From an uncultured Gammaproteobacteria bacterium (GTDB lineage Bacteria > Patescibacteriota > Microgenomatia > Daviesbacterales > UBA10151): 64,000 bases of DNA. The notes under the pieces were generated by a model. The model was not told the DNA's origin. It made no database searches and saw nothing but the letters and a program-made list of their open reading frames with translations. The position numbers and the translations under genes are program-made. Numbering within the stretch: position 1 is the stretch's first letter; each line of letters begins with the position of its first letter. Positions 16,946-26,398 of this stretch are shown here, piece after piece. The DNA is taken from the NCBI GenBank assembly GCA_964406775.1, contig CAYOSW010000001.1:10474-74473 (forward strand), read 5' to 3'.

Positions 16946-18369
16946 TGCTGATTCTGCCCCTGAAATTCGTCAGAACCGAAGATAAAAATTTAATAGGGGA
17001 AAATCTTTTTAATCTTTCCAAGTTGAAACATTTGGATTTTCCGGTAATCGAGTCGGTAATCGCAATACCTCCCGTTGAAATATTTAAGAAAGTAGTGGAA
17101 AAATTTAACAGACAACACGCCCGGCTAAAGGATTATATAGGTAATATCACTCAGTCGATGAATGATATAAAAATTCCGGAGAGTCTGGAAAATTTTTCTT
17201 TAGTGCATTTTTCGGATTCGGATAAAACTATTAAAGTTAATATCTCTCTTTTATGGTCAAATCTTTTAAGTAAATGGATCCTGGAGCTAACTTCAAAAAT
17301 CGAGAGAGATGAAAAAAATTTATTTAGATTTACACCCCAGCTTATTATTTTTTCGGCTGATTTTACCGGTTTCGGACGGGGTTATTTTGATGAAGACCGG
17401 GACCACGTTGTGATTAAAATCGACAACGGAAGTCTTGATTTTAATATGTCCCAGGAAATCGAGAATCTGATAATTTTGGGTAATAAAAAACTGGTTCTCC
17501 CGCAGGTTTACTATTGGGTTATTGAAGACGGAAAAATAAAAATTATAAAGCTTGCACCGTTTACTCAAAGCTTTCCAGACGAAAAGGAAAAATTGGAGGA
17601 TACCGTTCAGATCAAACCCAGAAGAAGTCTTCCGAAGACTGCAACTAAAATTATTATGGATCACAAAAACGGAATGCTTAATGATTTAAACAGTGATGGG
17701 GTGCTGTTGAAAATAGAAAAAACGGATGCAGAGAGCATAAATACCGAACTTACTAAGATTCAAAATTTTCAGAAAAATCTTAAAGTAATTTTTTACCCGG
17801 ATTTTAAAAATAATGAATTTAAAGATTTGGATTTTGCTAAGAGCTTTTTATTTTTCAGAAATAAGAAGAAATTGGATATCTCGGTAGTCCTGCCGAAAAC
17901 ATATTCAATAGAATCGTTTCTTAAATCAAAAACGGATTTTGCATCTTTAGGGATCTACAGTAAGGGCAGTTTAAAGATTTGGAAGGAATTTTCAACAGCT
18001 GCGGACTTCTTAATGATGGATGAATATTTAGATGCGGGATTTGACGGAGCACTGATTAATTTGGACGAGATTGCCAGAATTGTAACGGGTGTAGATCCTC
18101 AGTTGATCAGGGACGAGCCGAAGAGAGATTGGATAAAGACCGTTGAACTTTTTCTAAAGGAACTGAAATTTAACAGATTAATTAAAGAAAATAAACAGGT
18201 TTTAGTTTACGGAGTTTTAGCCGAAAATGAAGAACTCTTAGGATATTTTATTAAGTCCGGAGTTTGGGGTGTGGCTTTCAGACAAAACGTAGCGGATGCA
18301 TTCAAACAGCATATCGCATATCTGGAAAGTCTGCATATGAAGAAATTAACTTACGCTAAGGTTGAGTAA
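16945..18369 (+). CDS. Degenerate PEP synthase/PEP-utilizing enzyme-like protein
   Basis: N-terminus LIGENLFNLSKL..FPV resembles the PpsA GGKxxNL region; C-terminus AGFDGALINLDEI resembles DGxSIGxNDL. Key residues are substituted. Confidence 0.5.
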   Translation: MLILPLKFVRTEDKNLIGENLFNLSKLKHLDFPVIESVIAIPPVEIFKKVVEKFNRQHARLKDYIGNITQSMNDIKIPESLENFSLVHFSDSDKTIKVNISLLWSNLLSKWILELTSKIERDEKNLFRFTPQLIIFSADFTGFGRGYFDEDRDHVVIKIDNGSLDFNMSQEIENLIILGNKKLVLPQVYYWVIEDGKIKIIKLAPFTQSFPDEKEKLEDTVQIKPRRSLPKTATKIIMDHKNGMLNDLNSDGVLLKIEKTDAESINTELTKIQNFQKNLKVIFYPDFKNNEFKDLDFAKSFLFFRNKKKLDISVVLPKTYSIESFLKSKTDFASLGIYSKGSLKIWKEFSTAADFLMMDEYLDAGFDGALINLDEIARIVTGVDPQLIRDEPKRDWIKTVELFLKELKFNRLIKENKQVLVYGVLAENEELLGYFIKSGVWGVAFRQNVADAFKQHIAYLESLHMKKLTYAKVE

Positions 18370-19026
18370 GAGAATAAATTCTCCCTTGGGTGGTTTTTTC
18401 TTAAAATCTTCAAGTATTCCGCTGCATTTTTTTCTGATTATTTCCTGGTGAATTTTAGTAAGTTCTTTTGCCAAAACTATTTCGGGATCCGAGAGTTCTT
18501 CCGAAATTTCCTTAACGGTTTTTATCAATTTGTGAGGCGCAACAAAAATTATAAAAGTCGAGGGCATTAACCCGCTCATCTGTTTGATATTTTGAAGAGC
18601 TGTTCTTCTTCTGCCTTCTTTTTCCGGGAGATATCCTAAAAATGTAAATTTATCCGGCGGAAGTCCGGAAAGGGTCAGTGCTGTTGTTACCGAGGAAGGT
18701 CCGGGAAGTGAGTCTATCTCAAGTCCCCGGGCAATTACTGCCCTGACTATTTTGTATCCGGGATCGGATACTAAAGGCGTCCCCGCATCCGACACAAGTG
18801 CCAGATTTTTACCTTCTCTTAATTTTCCGAGTATGAAATCTTCAGACTTGAATTCATTAAAATCATTTAAAACGATTAACGGTTTTTTAATTTCGAAGTG
18901 GGTTAAAAGCAGAGAAGTACGTCTTGAATCTTCGCAAATTATTTCATCAGCTTCTTTTAAAACTTCCAAGGCGCGTAATGTTATATCTTTTAAATTGCCT
19001 ATTGGTGTCGGAACTATAGTTAACAT
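18346..19026 (-). CDS. rsmI: 16S rRNA C1402 2'-O-methyltransferase
   Basis: PTPIGNLKDITLRA, CEDSR, VSDAGTPLVSDPG, KELTKIHQE. Confidence 0.95.
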   Translation of the reverse strand: MLTIVPTPIGNLKDITLRALEVLKEADEIICEDSRRTSLLLTHFEIKKPLIVLNDFNEFKSEDFILGKLREGKNLALVSDAGTPLVSDPGYKIVRAVIARGLEIDSLPGPSSVTTALTLSGLPPDKFTFLGYLPEKEGRRRTALQNIKQMSGLMPSTFIIFVAPHKLIKTVKEISEELSDPEIVLAKELTKIHQEIIRKKCSGILEDFKKKPPKGEFILLLNLSVS

Positions 19027-19076
19027 TAGAGAATTTTACTCCGAGAGAAGCGAACGGGCAAGTTTAACCGTAAAAA

Positions 19077-19697
19077 TCAGGATTTTGAGTATTTTTCTTT
19101 AACGAAATGATAAACAGCCGGGGCAATTGAGGCAAGAATAATAACTCCGATTATCGGTAAAAGATATTTATCTACGTCCGGAATAAGATTTCCCAGAAAG
19201 TAGCCTAGAAATGTCATACCGATAGCCCAAAAAAAACCTCCGACAAGATTGTAAGCAATGAATGTGGAGTATTTCATACTGCCGATTCCCGCAACGACCG
19301 GAGCAAATGCTCGGATAACAGGTATAAAGCGGGCAAGAATTATGGTTTTTCCTCCGTGTTTTTCGTAGAATTTTTCAGCTTTCATAAGATGGTCCTTATG
19401 AAATAACAGTGAATCGTCTTTAGAGAATAACTTTTTGCCAAATTTGTGACCGATCGAATAACCTATGCTGTCGCCCAATACCGCAAAAACAAACGAACCC
19501 AAAGCTAAAGCCCAAACATTAAAATAACCTTGAGAAGCTAAAAATCCGGCAGTAAACAGAAGTGAATCGCCCGGAAAGAAGAAACCGATCATCATTCCCG
19601 ATTCGAGAAAAACTATTGCATAAATACCGATAAGTCCGACCGCTTCTATCACGGAACGCAGGTCTCCGTGAAGTAAATTACCTATTTCAAAACCCAT
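19077..19697 (-). CDS. DedA/VTT family membrane protein
   Basis: FFPGDSLLFTAG, ILARFIPVIRAFAPVVAG. Confidence 0.92.
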   Translation of the reverse strand: MGFEIGNLLHGDLRSVIEAVGLIGIYAIVFLESGMMIGFFFPGDSLLFTAGFLASQGYFNVWALALGSFVFAVLGDSIGYSIGHKFGKKLFSKDDSLLFHKDHLMKAEKFYEKHGGKTIILARFIPVIRAFAPVVAGIGSMKYSTFIAYNLVGGFFWAIGMTFLGYFLGNLIPDVDKYLLPIIGVIILASIAPAVYHFVKEKYSKS

Positions 19698-19710
19698 TGA
19701 TTGAGTATAG

Positions 19711-20964
19711 CTAAATATCCCGGAAATCTAAAGTGGCGAAGTAGTCATCTAAAGTCTCGGCTCTTCTGATTTGCTCAACTCTACCGTCAGGTTTTAATAA
19801 AAGTTCGGCAGAGCGGAGTTTGCCGTTGTAATTAAACCCCATTGCAAACCCGTGAGCGCCGGTATCGTGGATTGCGATTATATCTCCTATTTCAATTTCC
19901 GGAAGTTTCCGGTCAACAGCGAACTTATCATTATTTTCGCAAAGCGACCCGACAACATCGTAAGTTTTTGTTTCGGGTGCATCTTCCTTCCCTAAAACTG
20001 TTTCGTGGTGATAAGCTCCATACATTCCGGGGCGCATTAAATTAGCCATACAAGCGTCCACGCCGATGTAGTTTTTATATGTTTCTTTTTTGTGAATTAC
20101 TCTGGTAATCAGGTAACCTGAAGGACCGGTTATAACTCTTCCGCACTCGAAAACAATTTTGAAGGGAGAGATTCCTTTTCCGGTTATCAATTCGCCGTAT
20201 AAAGTTTTAATATTCTCCGAAACATAATTTAAATCCATATCATCCTGGTCGGGTTTATAAGGAATTCCGATCCCTCCGCCCATATTGATAAACTCAATTT
20301 CAATACCGGTCTTTTCTTTAATTTCTGAAACTAAGTCAAAAAGCATTCTGGCAGTTTCAATAATATAGTCAGCATTCAATTCATTCGAAGCAACCATTGT
20401 ATGCAGTCCGAATCTTTTAACCCCTTTTTCTTTCGCGGTCTTGTAAGCTGAGAAAATCTGATCTTTTGTCAGTCCGTATTTTGCCTCTTTGGGATCGCCG
20501 ATTAATGCATTGCCGGTTCTGTTGGGGCCCGGATTATAACGGAAACATAGGAGGGAAGGGAGGTGTCCCAAGGTCTTTTCTAAAAATCCGATATGGGAAA
20601 TATCATCAAGATTAATTATTGCACCCAATTCAAAGGCTTTTTTAAATTCCGCGGCTGGAGTTTCGTTTGATGTAAACATTATTTCCTCTCCACGGAAACC
20701 TACTTTCTCGCTCATAATAAGTTCCGCAAGCGATGAACAATCAACACCCATACCTTCTTCTTTAAGTATTTTTAGAATATAAGGATTCGGCAGTGCTTTA
20801 ACTGCAAAGTAATTTTTAAAATCTCGAGTCCAGGAAAATGATTTGTAAAAATTTTGTGCAGTGTTTCTGATATTTTTTTCATCATAAATATGAAATGGGG
20901 TCGGATATTTCCTAATAATTTTTTCAATATCTAATTCGCTGAAAGGGAGCTTTAAATTCTTCAT
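19711..20964 (-). CDS. lysA: Diaminopimelate decarboxylase
   Basis: YPTPFHIYD, FAVKA (PLP lysine), GGGIG, ECGR, GSLCENND, GAHG. Confidence 0.95.
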   Translation of the reverse strand: MKNLKLPFSELDIEKIIRKYPTPFHIYDEKNIRNTAQNFYKSFSWTRDFKNYFAVKALPNPYILKILKEEGMGVDCSSLAELIMSEKVGFRGEEIMFTSNETPAAEFKKAFELGAIINLDDISHIGFLEKTLGHLPSLLCFRYNPGPNRTGNALIGDPKEAKYGLTKDQIFSAYKTAKEKGVKRFGLHTMVASNELNADYIIETARMLFDLVSEIKEKTGIEIEFINMGGGIGIPYKPDQDDMDLNYVSENIKTLYGELITGKGISPFKIVFECGRVITGPSGYLITRVIHKKETYKNYIGVDACMANLMRPGMYGAYHHETVLGKEDAPETKTYDVVGSLCENNDKFAVDRKLPEIEIGDIIAIHDTGAHGFAMGFNYNGKLRSAELLLKPDGRVEQIRRAETLDDYFATLDFRDI

Positions 20965-22154
20965 ATTTTTAACCTCTCCCGGATATTTTTAACGGCTTTC
21001 TTTATATTTTCTTTCTGGCCGAATGCAGACAATCGGATATAACCTTCGCCCGCTGAACCGAAGCCGGAGCCGGGGGTAGAAATGACATTACATTCATTGA
21101 TTAATTTATCAAAGAATTCCCAGGAAGTAAGTTTTCCGGGAGTTTTAACCCAAATATAAGGCGCGTTTTCTCCGCCAAAAACTTTAAGTCCCAAATCTTC
21201 CATACCGCTTTTAATAATTTTTGCATTTTCCATATAGTAACCAATTAGCTTAGAACATTCTTTTTGTCCTTTGGGAGATAAAACCGCAATGGCACTTTGC
21301 TGGACTACATTTGAAGCACCGTTAAACATTGTAGTCTGCCGTCTATTCCAGAGCGAATTGATCTCACCTTTATTTGTTCCTTCGATCACCAATTCTTCGG
21401 GTACAATACTCCATCCTAATCGGACACCAGTAAATCCCGCCATCTTTGAGAGACTCTGGATTTCTATTGCGCATTTTTCCGCTCCTTTAATTTGATAAAT
21501 ACTTTTCGGAAGTTTCTCATCCGAAATATATTCCGAGTAAGCGGCATCAAAAATAATTACCGCTTTGTTTTTAGTTGCATAATCAATAAAACTTTTCAGT
21601 TGAGATTTTGTAGCAACCGCGCCTGTCGGATTATTCGGGGAACAAAGAAAAATGACATCTACTTTTGATTTCGGGACTTCGGGTATAAAACCGTTTTTCT
21701 CATTGCATTCCATTAGAACGATTTTTTTGCCGGCAATAATATTTGAATCCTGATAAACCGGATAGACCGGATCTGAAACGGCAATCACAGAATTATCCGC
21801 AAATATGGAAGTGATATTAGCCGAATCTGATTTCGCGCCGTCGGAAATAAATATTTCGGAAGGTTTTATATTAATTCCTTTTTGTTTATACCAAGCCGAA
21901 ACGGCCTCTCTTAATTTAAAATTACCTTGTTCATCGCCGTATCCGGTATAAGTTTCCCGGTTTTCTAAAAGATCAACGCCTTCGCGTAGACCTTTAAGAG
22001 CCGATTGAGTTAAGGGGAGGGTTGTATTTCCGATGCCGAGCTTAAGCAGTTCAACTCCAGGATTTTTTTCGGAAAATGCTTTCGCTCTTTTTGCAATCTC
22101 CGAAAACAAATAAGTTTTAGCGAGTTTATTATAATTTTGATTAATTTTAGTCAT
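20961..22154 (-). CDS. dapL: LL-diaminopimelate aminotransferase
   Basis: YLFSEIAKR, LGIGN, GYGDEQG, SDGAKSD, CSPNNPTG, SLSKMAGFTGVRLG; operon context. Confidence 0.93.
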   Translation of the reverse strand: MTKINQNYNKLAKTYLFSEIAKRAKAFSEKNPGVELLKLGIGNTTLPLTQSALKGLREGVDLLENRETYTGYGDEQGNFKLREAVSAWYKQKGINIKPSEIFISDGAKSDSANITSIFADNSVIAVSDPVYPVYQDSNIIAGKKIVLMECNEKNGFIPEVPKSKVDVIFLCSPNNPTGAVATKSQLKSFIDYATKNKAVIIFDAAYSEYISDEKLPKSIYQIKGAEKCAIEIQSLSKMAGFTGVRLGWSIVPEELVIEGTNKGEINSLWNRRQTTMFNGASNVVQQSAIAVLSPKGQKECSKLIGYYMENAKIIKSGMEDLGLKVFGGENAPYIWVKTPGKLTSWEFFDKLINECNVISTPGSGFGSAGEGYIRLSAFGQKENIKKAVKNIRERLKI

Positions 22155-23232
22155 TTAAATATCCCTTTTTAAAAAGCAATTCGGCAGTCAATATTCCACC
22201 GCCGGCTGCACCCCGGATCGTATTATGCGATAAACCGATGAATTTGTAATCTGAAATATTATCCTTGCGTAATCTGCCCGCGGCAATCCCCATACCGCTT
22301 CCGAGATTTCGGTCTAAGGCGGTTTGCGGCCTGTCTTTTTCTTCAAAATAAGTGATGAAAGGATCCGGAGCTGACGGTAAATTCAAATCCTTTAATGGGT
22401 TAAAATTTTTCCAGGCTTCCAGAATCTGTTCACCGGATGGTGTATGTTGAAATTTCACGGAAACGGAAGCCATATGTCCGTCAGAAACAGGAACCCTGAT
22501 GCAGGTAGCTGAAATTTGAATTCCGGTCTCAGACTCTATTGCCCCGTTTTTCAGTTCACCCCAAATTCTCAACGGTTCCTTTTCGGATTTTTCTTCCTCT
22601 CCATCGATTAAGGGTTTTACGTTATCCGTCATTTCAGGCCAGTTCTGCAAAGTCCTGCCGGCTCCCGAAACTGCCTGCAGTGTTGTCACCGTGACTTCCG
22701 ACGGTCCGAATTTTAGTAAAGGTGTAATCAGAGGGACGTAAGACTGGATTGAACAATTGGGTTTTACAACGATAAGTCCTTTATCCCATCCTCGGTTTTT
22801 TCTTTGTATATCTATTAATTCAAGATGGTTGGGATTTATCTCGGGAAGAATCATAGGTATGTCTTCTGTCCAGCGGTGTGCGGAATTATTTGAAACGACC
22901 GCAACGCCTCTTGACGCATAAGCCTCCTCGACACGGCGGATGAAATCTTTATCCAAGTCAATTGCGCAAAAAACCAGTCTGACTTCAGATGCAATCGAAT
23001 CAATATCTTCCTCAACTGCAAAAAGTTTCATACCGGATATGGATTGGGGAATAGTTGCCTCCATAGACCATCTGCCCTCAACTGCTTCGCTGTATTTTTT
23101 ACCTGCTGAGCGCGGAGAGGCCGCAAGAACAGTCACCTCAAATAAGGGGTGATTTTGCAGTAATGTTATAAAACGTTGTCCGACCATACCTGTCGCGCCC
23201 AGTATTCCTACCGGAATTTTAGTATTTTCCAT
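22147..23232 (-). CDS. asd: Aspartate-semialdehyde dehydrogenase
   Basis: GATGMVGQR, PNCS (catalytic Cys), QAVSGAG, SHNTIRGAAGG. Confidence 0.96.
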   Translation of the reverse strand: MENTKIPVGILGATGMVGQRFITLLQNHPLFEVTVLAASPRSAGKKYSEAVEGRWSMEATIPQSISGMKLFAVEEDIDSIASEVRLVFCAIDLDKDFIRRVEEAYASRGVAVVSNNSAHRWTEDIPMILPEINPNHLELIDIQRKNRGWDKGLIVVKPNCSIQSYVPLITPLLKFGPSEVTVTTLQAVSGAGRTLQNWPEMTDNVKPLIDGEEEKSEKEPLRIWGELKNGAIESETGIQISATCIRVPVSDGHMASVSVKFQHTPSGEQILEAWKNFNPLKDLNLPSAPDPFITYFEEKDRPQTALDRNLGSGMGIAAGRLRKDNISDYKFIGLSHNTIRGAAGGGILTAELLFKKGYLND

Positions 23233-23235
23233 AAT

Positions 23236-24171
23236 TTATATCAGTTTCAGGTTTTTGAGAACCTTTTTCAGGATCTCCTCGTTTTTATCCTCAAGGGGAA
23301 CAAGAGGTAATCTCAGTCCGAGTTCGATCTTCCCCATAAGTGAGAGTGCAGTTTTAACAGGAATCGGGTTTGATTCGATGAAATTAACGCCCATTAAATC
23401 CCAAATCCTGTAGTGGAGGCTCCTGGCTTCGGTAAAATTACCGTCCAGAGCCAGATGCACCATATCCGAAAATTCCCTGGGAATTTCGTTGCAGACTACA
23501 GAAATACAGCCGTGTCCGCCTGCGGCAATTAAAGGCAGGGTAAACGCATCATCTCCGGAAAGAACGGAAAAATCCTCAGGACCTTCAATGGATGCAAGTT
23601 TGATGATTTCCATCATTTGAATAATCGATCCGGATGCTTCTTTTACCGCTTTAACTAGAGGCACCTCTCGGGCAATTCTGATTATTGTTCTTGGAGAAAT
23701 ATTGGAGCCGGTTCTTCCGGGAACGTTATAAATAACGATTGGAAGCCCTACCTCGGCAACCGCTTTAAAATGGGCAACTAATCCGTTGGCTGTCGGCTTA
23801 TTATAAAAAGGAGTTACGTGAAGCAGTGCGTTTGCTCCTGCTTTTTTGGCGATTTTTGATAAATGAACAGCCCTTTTTGTGTCATTTGAGCCGGCTCCAG
23901 CAATAACCGGAATTCTGCCCTTAACCTGTCCGACGACGGTCTTAATTACGGTTTCATACTCCTCTTCATTCATTGTTGCGGCCTCGCCTGTTGATCCGCA
24001 GGGGACGATGGCGTCAATTCCGCCTGAGATTTGCCATTCCACAAATTTTTTCAGAGCAGGCAGATCAAGACTACCGTTTTTCTTAAACGGTGTAACTATT
24101 GCCGGTATTGAGCCGAAAAATCTGATGTTTTGCATTCTAGTCCGCAACCTTCCTACAGCGTCACCCCTCAT
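23236..24171 (-). CDS. dapA: 4-hydroxy-tetrahydrodipicolinate synthase
   Basis: AIVTPF, GSTGE, YNVPGRTG, VKEASG, SGDD, NPIPVK. True start may be 24135. Confidence 0.96.
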   Translation of the reverse strand: MRGDAVGRLRTRMQNIRFFGSIPAIVTPFKKNGSLDLPALKKFVEWQISGGIDAIVPCGSTGEAATMNEEEYETVIKTVVGQVKGRIPVIAGAGSNDTKRAVHLSKIAKKAGANALLHVTPFYNKPTANGLVAHFKAVAEVGLPIVIYNVPGRTGSNISPRTIIRIAREVPLVKAVKEASGSIIQMMEIIKLASIEGPEDFSVLSGDDAFTLPLIAAGGHGCISVVCNEIPREFSDMVHLALDGNFTEARSLHYRIWDLMGVNFIESNPIPVKTALSLMGKIELGLRLPLVPLEDKNEEILKKVLKNLKLI

Positions 24172-24892
24172 TTAAAACAAAGAGGCTGTCGAAGCTGTAA
24201 ACTCCTTTCTTGTCTTTTATGAATTCCGCTGCCATTACCGCGCCTTCGGCATATCCGCGTCTGGAATGATTTTGGACGGAAAGCGTTATTGAATCGGCAT
24301 CGGAATCAAATGTAACTTCGTGCATTCCGGGATTTCTCCCGCCTCTTAAGGAAGCGAAATGAAGTTCGTCCTCTTCAATTTTCCTGTCCAGTCTTCCCGT
24401 TTCCAGTTTCTTCTTTTCCGGAAAATTGGCCATTATTATTTCCGCTGTTTTAAAAGCCGTTCCCGAAGGACTGTCTTTTTTGCCTTTATGGTGGATTTCA
24501 GTGCCGAAGACGTCATAATTTCCGTATTTGGAGGCGAGTTTGCCCGCAGTTTCGACCAATTTAAAGAAGATGTTTGTTCCGATTGCAAAATTCTGGCCGT
24601 AAATCAGCCCCGTTCCGGCATTATTAACGAGCTCTTCCACCTCCGATATTCTGTCGTACCAGCCTGAAGTTCCGACAACCATATTTTTTCCGAATTCTAA
24701 AACTTTTTTAATATTATCGATGGCAACTTCGGGTGAGGAAAAATCAATTACAACGTCGCAGTCTTTTATTCCTTCCGCGTCCCAACCCTTTGATTCCGAA
24801 CTGATTGAACTAATTTCGTGATTTCCTCCGGACTTTACAATCTCTTCAATTTCCCGTCCCATATTTCCGTAACCTATCAATGCAATTTTCAT
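24161..24892 (-). CDS. dapB: 4-hydroxy-tetrahydrodipicolinate reductase
   Basis: GYGNMG, IDFS, VGTSG, EIHHKGKKDSPSGTA. Confidence 0.95.
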   Translation of the reverse strand: MKIALIGYGNMGREIEEIVKSGGNHEISSISSESKGWDAEGIKDCDVVIDFSSPEVAIDNIKKVLEFGKNMVVGTSGWYDRISEVEELVNNAGTGLIYGQNFAIGTNIFFKLVETAGKLASKYGNYDVFGTEIHHKGKKDSPSGTAFKTAEIIMANFPEKKKLETGRLDRKIEEDELHFASLRGGRNPGMHEVTFDSDADSITLSVQNHSRRGYAEGAVMAAEFIKDKKGVYSFDSLFVLNEG

Positions 24893-24894
24893 AT

Positions 24895-25713
24895 TTATCT
24901 TTCTGCCTCCATATCGGTTATAACCAGCGTACCACGGGCACCTGTATTAAAAGTATTCCGCACTAAAACGGGTATGCCGGAATTCATAACCGGCGTCAGG
25001 CAATCGGGATGGAGTACTTTGGCGCCGTTTTTTGCCATCTCAATCATATGATCTATCATAATTTTCTCCAAAGTCCGCGCTTCCCGGTGGAACTTCGGAT
25101 CGTGAGTCATAACACCGTCAACATCCGTCCAGTTCTCGTAAATCTCCGCACCAACTCCGCGGGCTATTATAGCACCTGTGATATCCGATCCTCCTCTTGG
25201 AAAGGTCGTTAGGTTATCCTCCAAATCAAGTCCGTAAAAACCGGGGATTACAACTTTGCCTAGGGCCTTACCCAGGATAATTCCAATTAGCGAATAGGAG
25301 ATTTCATTAACGGATCCGTCCGGGTTTATTCTGATTAGCTCGGTTGCGTCGACAAAATCGGCCTTTAATAAGTCAGCCAGCATACGGGCAGCCAGCCATT
25401 CCCCTCTTGAGGCACGGCAGGAAGGGTTGTTGAAATTAAGAGTGAAGGCCTCGAACGCTTCCGCCAGACTCGCTTCAATATCTCTCCAGCCCAAAATCCG
25501 TCCCTCCTCAAGGAATCTTCTCTCGACAGCACCCCAGTTTGCCTCTAAGAGATTGTCGGTTATCTTCCCCGGATATTTCTCGTTCTTTCCCGGTGCCGAG
25601 ACGACAATAAATTGCCTGGAAGGATCGGAATTAATAATTTGCATTACCTGGCGGATTGAAGCGGCATCAGCCATAGACGATCCGCCGAACTTTGCAACAA
25701 TTGGCTTATTCAT
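24895..25713 (-). CDS. lysC: Aspartate kinase, kinase domain only (no ACT domains)
   Basis: VAKFGGSS, VVSAPG, SRGE, RGGSDITG, WTDVDG, GAKVLHP; only 272 aa. Confidence 0.92.
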   Translation of the reverse strand: MNKPIVAKFGGSSMADAASIRQVMQIINSDPSRQFIVVSAPGKNEKYPGKITDNLLEANWGAVERRFLEEGRILGWRDIEASLAEAFEAFTLNFNNPSCRASRGEWLAARMLADLLKADFVDATELIRINPDGSVNEISYSLIGIILGKALGKVVIPGFYGLDLEDNLTTFPRGGSDITGAIIARGVGAEIYENWTDVDGVMTHDPKFHREARTLEKIMIDHMIEMAKNGAKVLHPDCLTPVMNSGIPVLVRNTFNTGARGTLVITDMEAER

Positions 25714-25821
25714 ATTACGGAATGATACCTTCAGCTCGGTGCGTGGTCAAAAAATCCTGAAGTTTGTACAATTTACAAGTAATTTGTTAAATATTTAACA
25801 AATTTAGGCTGATTTTGGGGT

Positions 25822-25860
25822 AAAAAAAGAGCCAGATACCTGTAATAGCAAATGGCTCTT
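25822..25860 (-). terminator. Intrinsic terminator/attenuator in the lysC leader
   Basis: Minus strand AAGAGCCA-N18-TGGCTC followed by a run of T, about 110 nt upstream of the lysC ATG. Confidence 0.7.
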
Positions 25861-25873
25861 CTATCTATTTGTT

Positions 25874-26108
25874 GTACCAATTACCTATATCTTTCCCTAA
25901 GGCACGTTACTCTTAAGGTCCGAACAGCAATTACACACTGTGTTCCGGTAAGTTCCGCAAACCCCTAGATAGCCGGGGTGTGCTCCGCAAGCTTTCCCGA
26001 TCGATATCATCTGACTTCTAACACTTTACCGATCTATGGTACTTAAACAGAAAATTAATTTCCGGGTTTGTGGTCCCCTTTGTCTCTTTCCTGCTCAAAC
26101 GGAGCTAA
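25874..26108 (-). ncRNA. Structured leader RNA upstream of the lysine operon (riboswitch-like, possibly a divergent lysine riboswitch)
   Basis: Multi-helix fold by eye; AGUA..AUGA..GAAAG order resembles the lysine riboswitch P2 arm; followed by a terminator. The canonical AGAGGNGC and GCCGAA core is not seen. Confidence 0.55.
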
Positions 26109-26112
26109 CCCC

Positions 26113-26143
26113 ATTTTACTCATTTGTATAGTTAGAAAGTCAA
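26113..26143 (-). promoter_or_regulatory. Candidate promoter of the lys leader/operon
   Basis: TTGACT-N19-TAAAAT (long spacer). Confidence 0.4.
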
Positions 26144-26212
26144 TATACTGGATGTTGTGTTAAAAGAATGATTAGACTACTAAATTAACGAGAGTTCAAT
26201 TGTAATAAGGTG

Positions 26213-26374
26213 TCAATTGCTTTTTTGTAATTCTTTTGCTACTAATTCAGCTACTGCACAATCACTTAGAATATCTTCATACGCAATAGTCTTATTAGAC
26301 AGATTATAAAAAAAGTTCGCAGCATCTTTAACCTCAGTATTATTTTTCAAGATTTCTATTAGAGAAAAATCCAT
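26213..26374 (-). CDS. Small hypothetical protein (53 aa), not in the ORF track
   Basis: MDFSLIEILKNN..ELQKSN*; TATAAT 6 nt before the ATG; AT-rich. Confidence 0.35.
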   Translation of the reverse strand: MDFSLIEILKNNTEVKDAANFFYNLSNKTIAYEDILSDCAVAELVAKELQKSN

Positions 26375-26398
26375 AAGAGAATTATATCAATGTGTGTT

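Noticed and set aside
25950-26000. c-di-GMP-I-like GCAAA..CGCAAG pattern on the plus strand
   Set aside because: Points away from lysC, lacks the GNRA/receptor and second stem, and is better explained as the reverse complement of a leader hairpin.
25822-26110. tmRNA, RNase P, SRP or 6S identity for the structured region
   Set aside because: No tRNA-like ends, no GGAAAGUCC RNase P motif, no SRP GGAAG loop and no single long rod.
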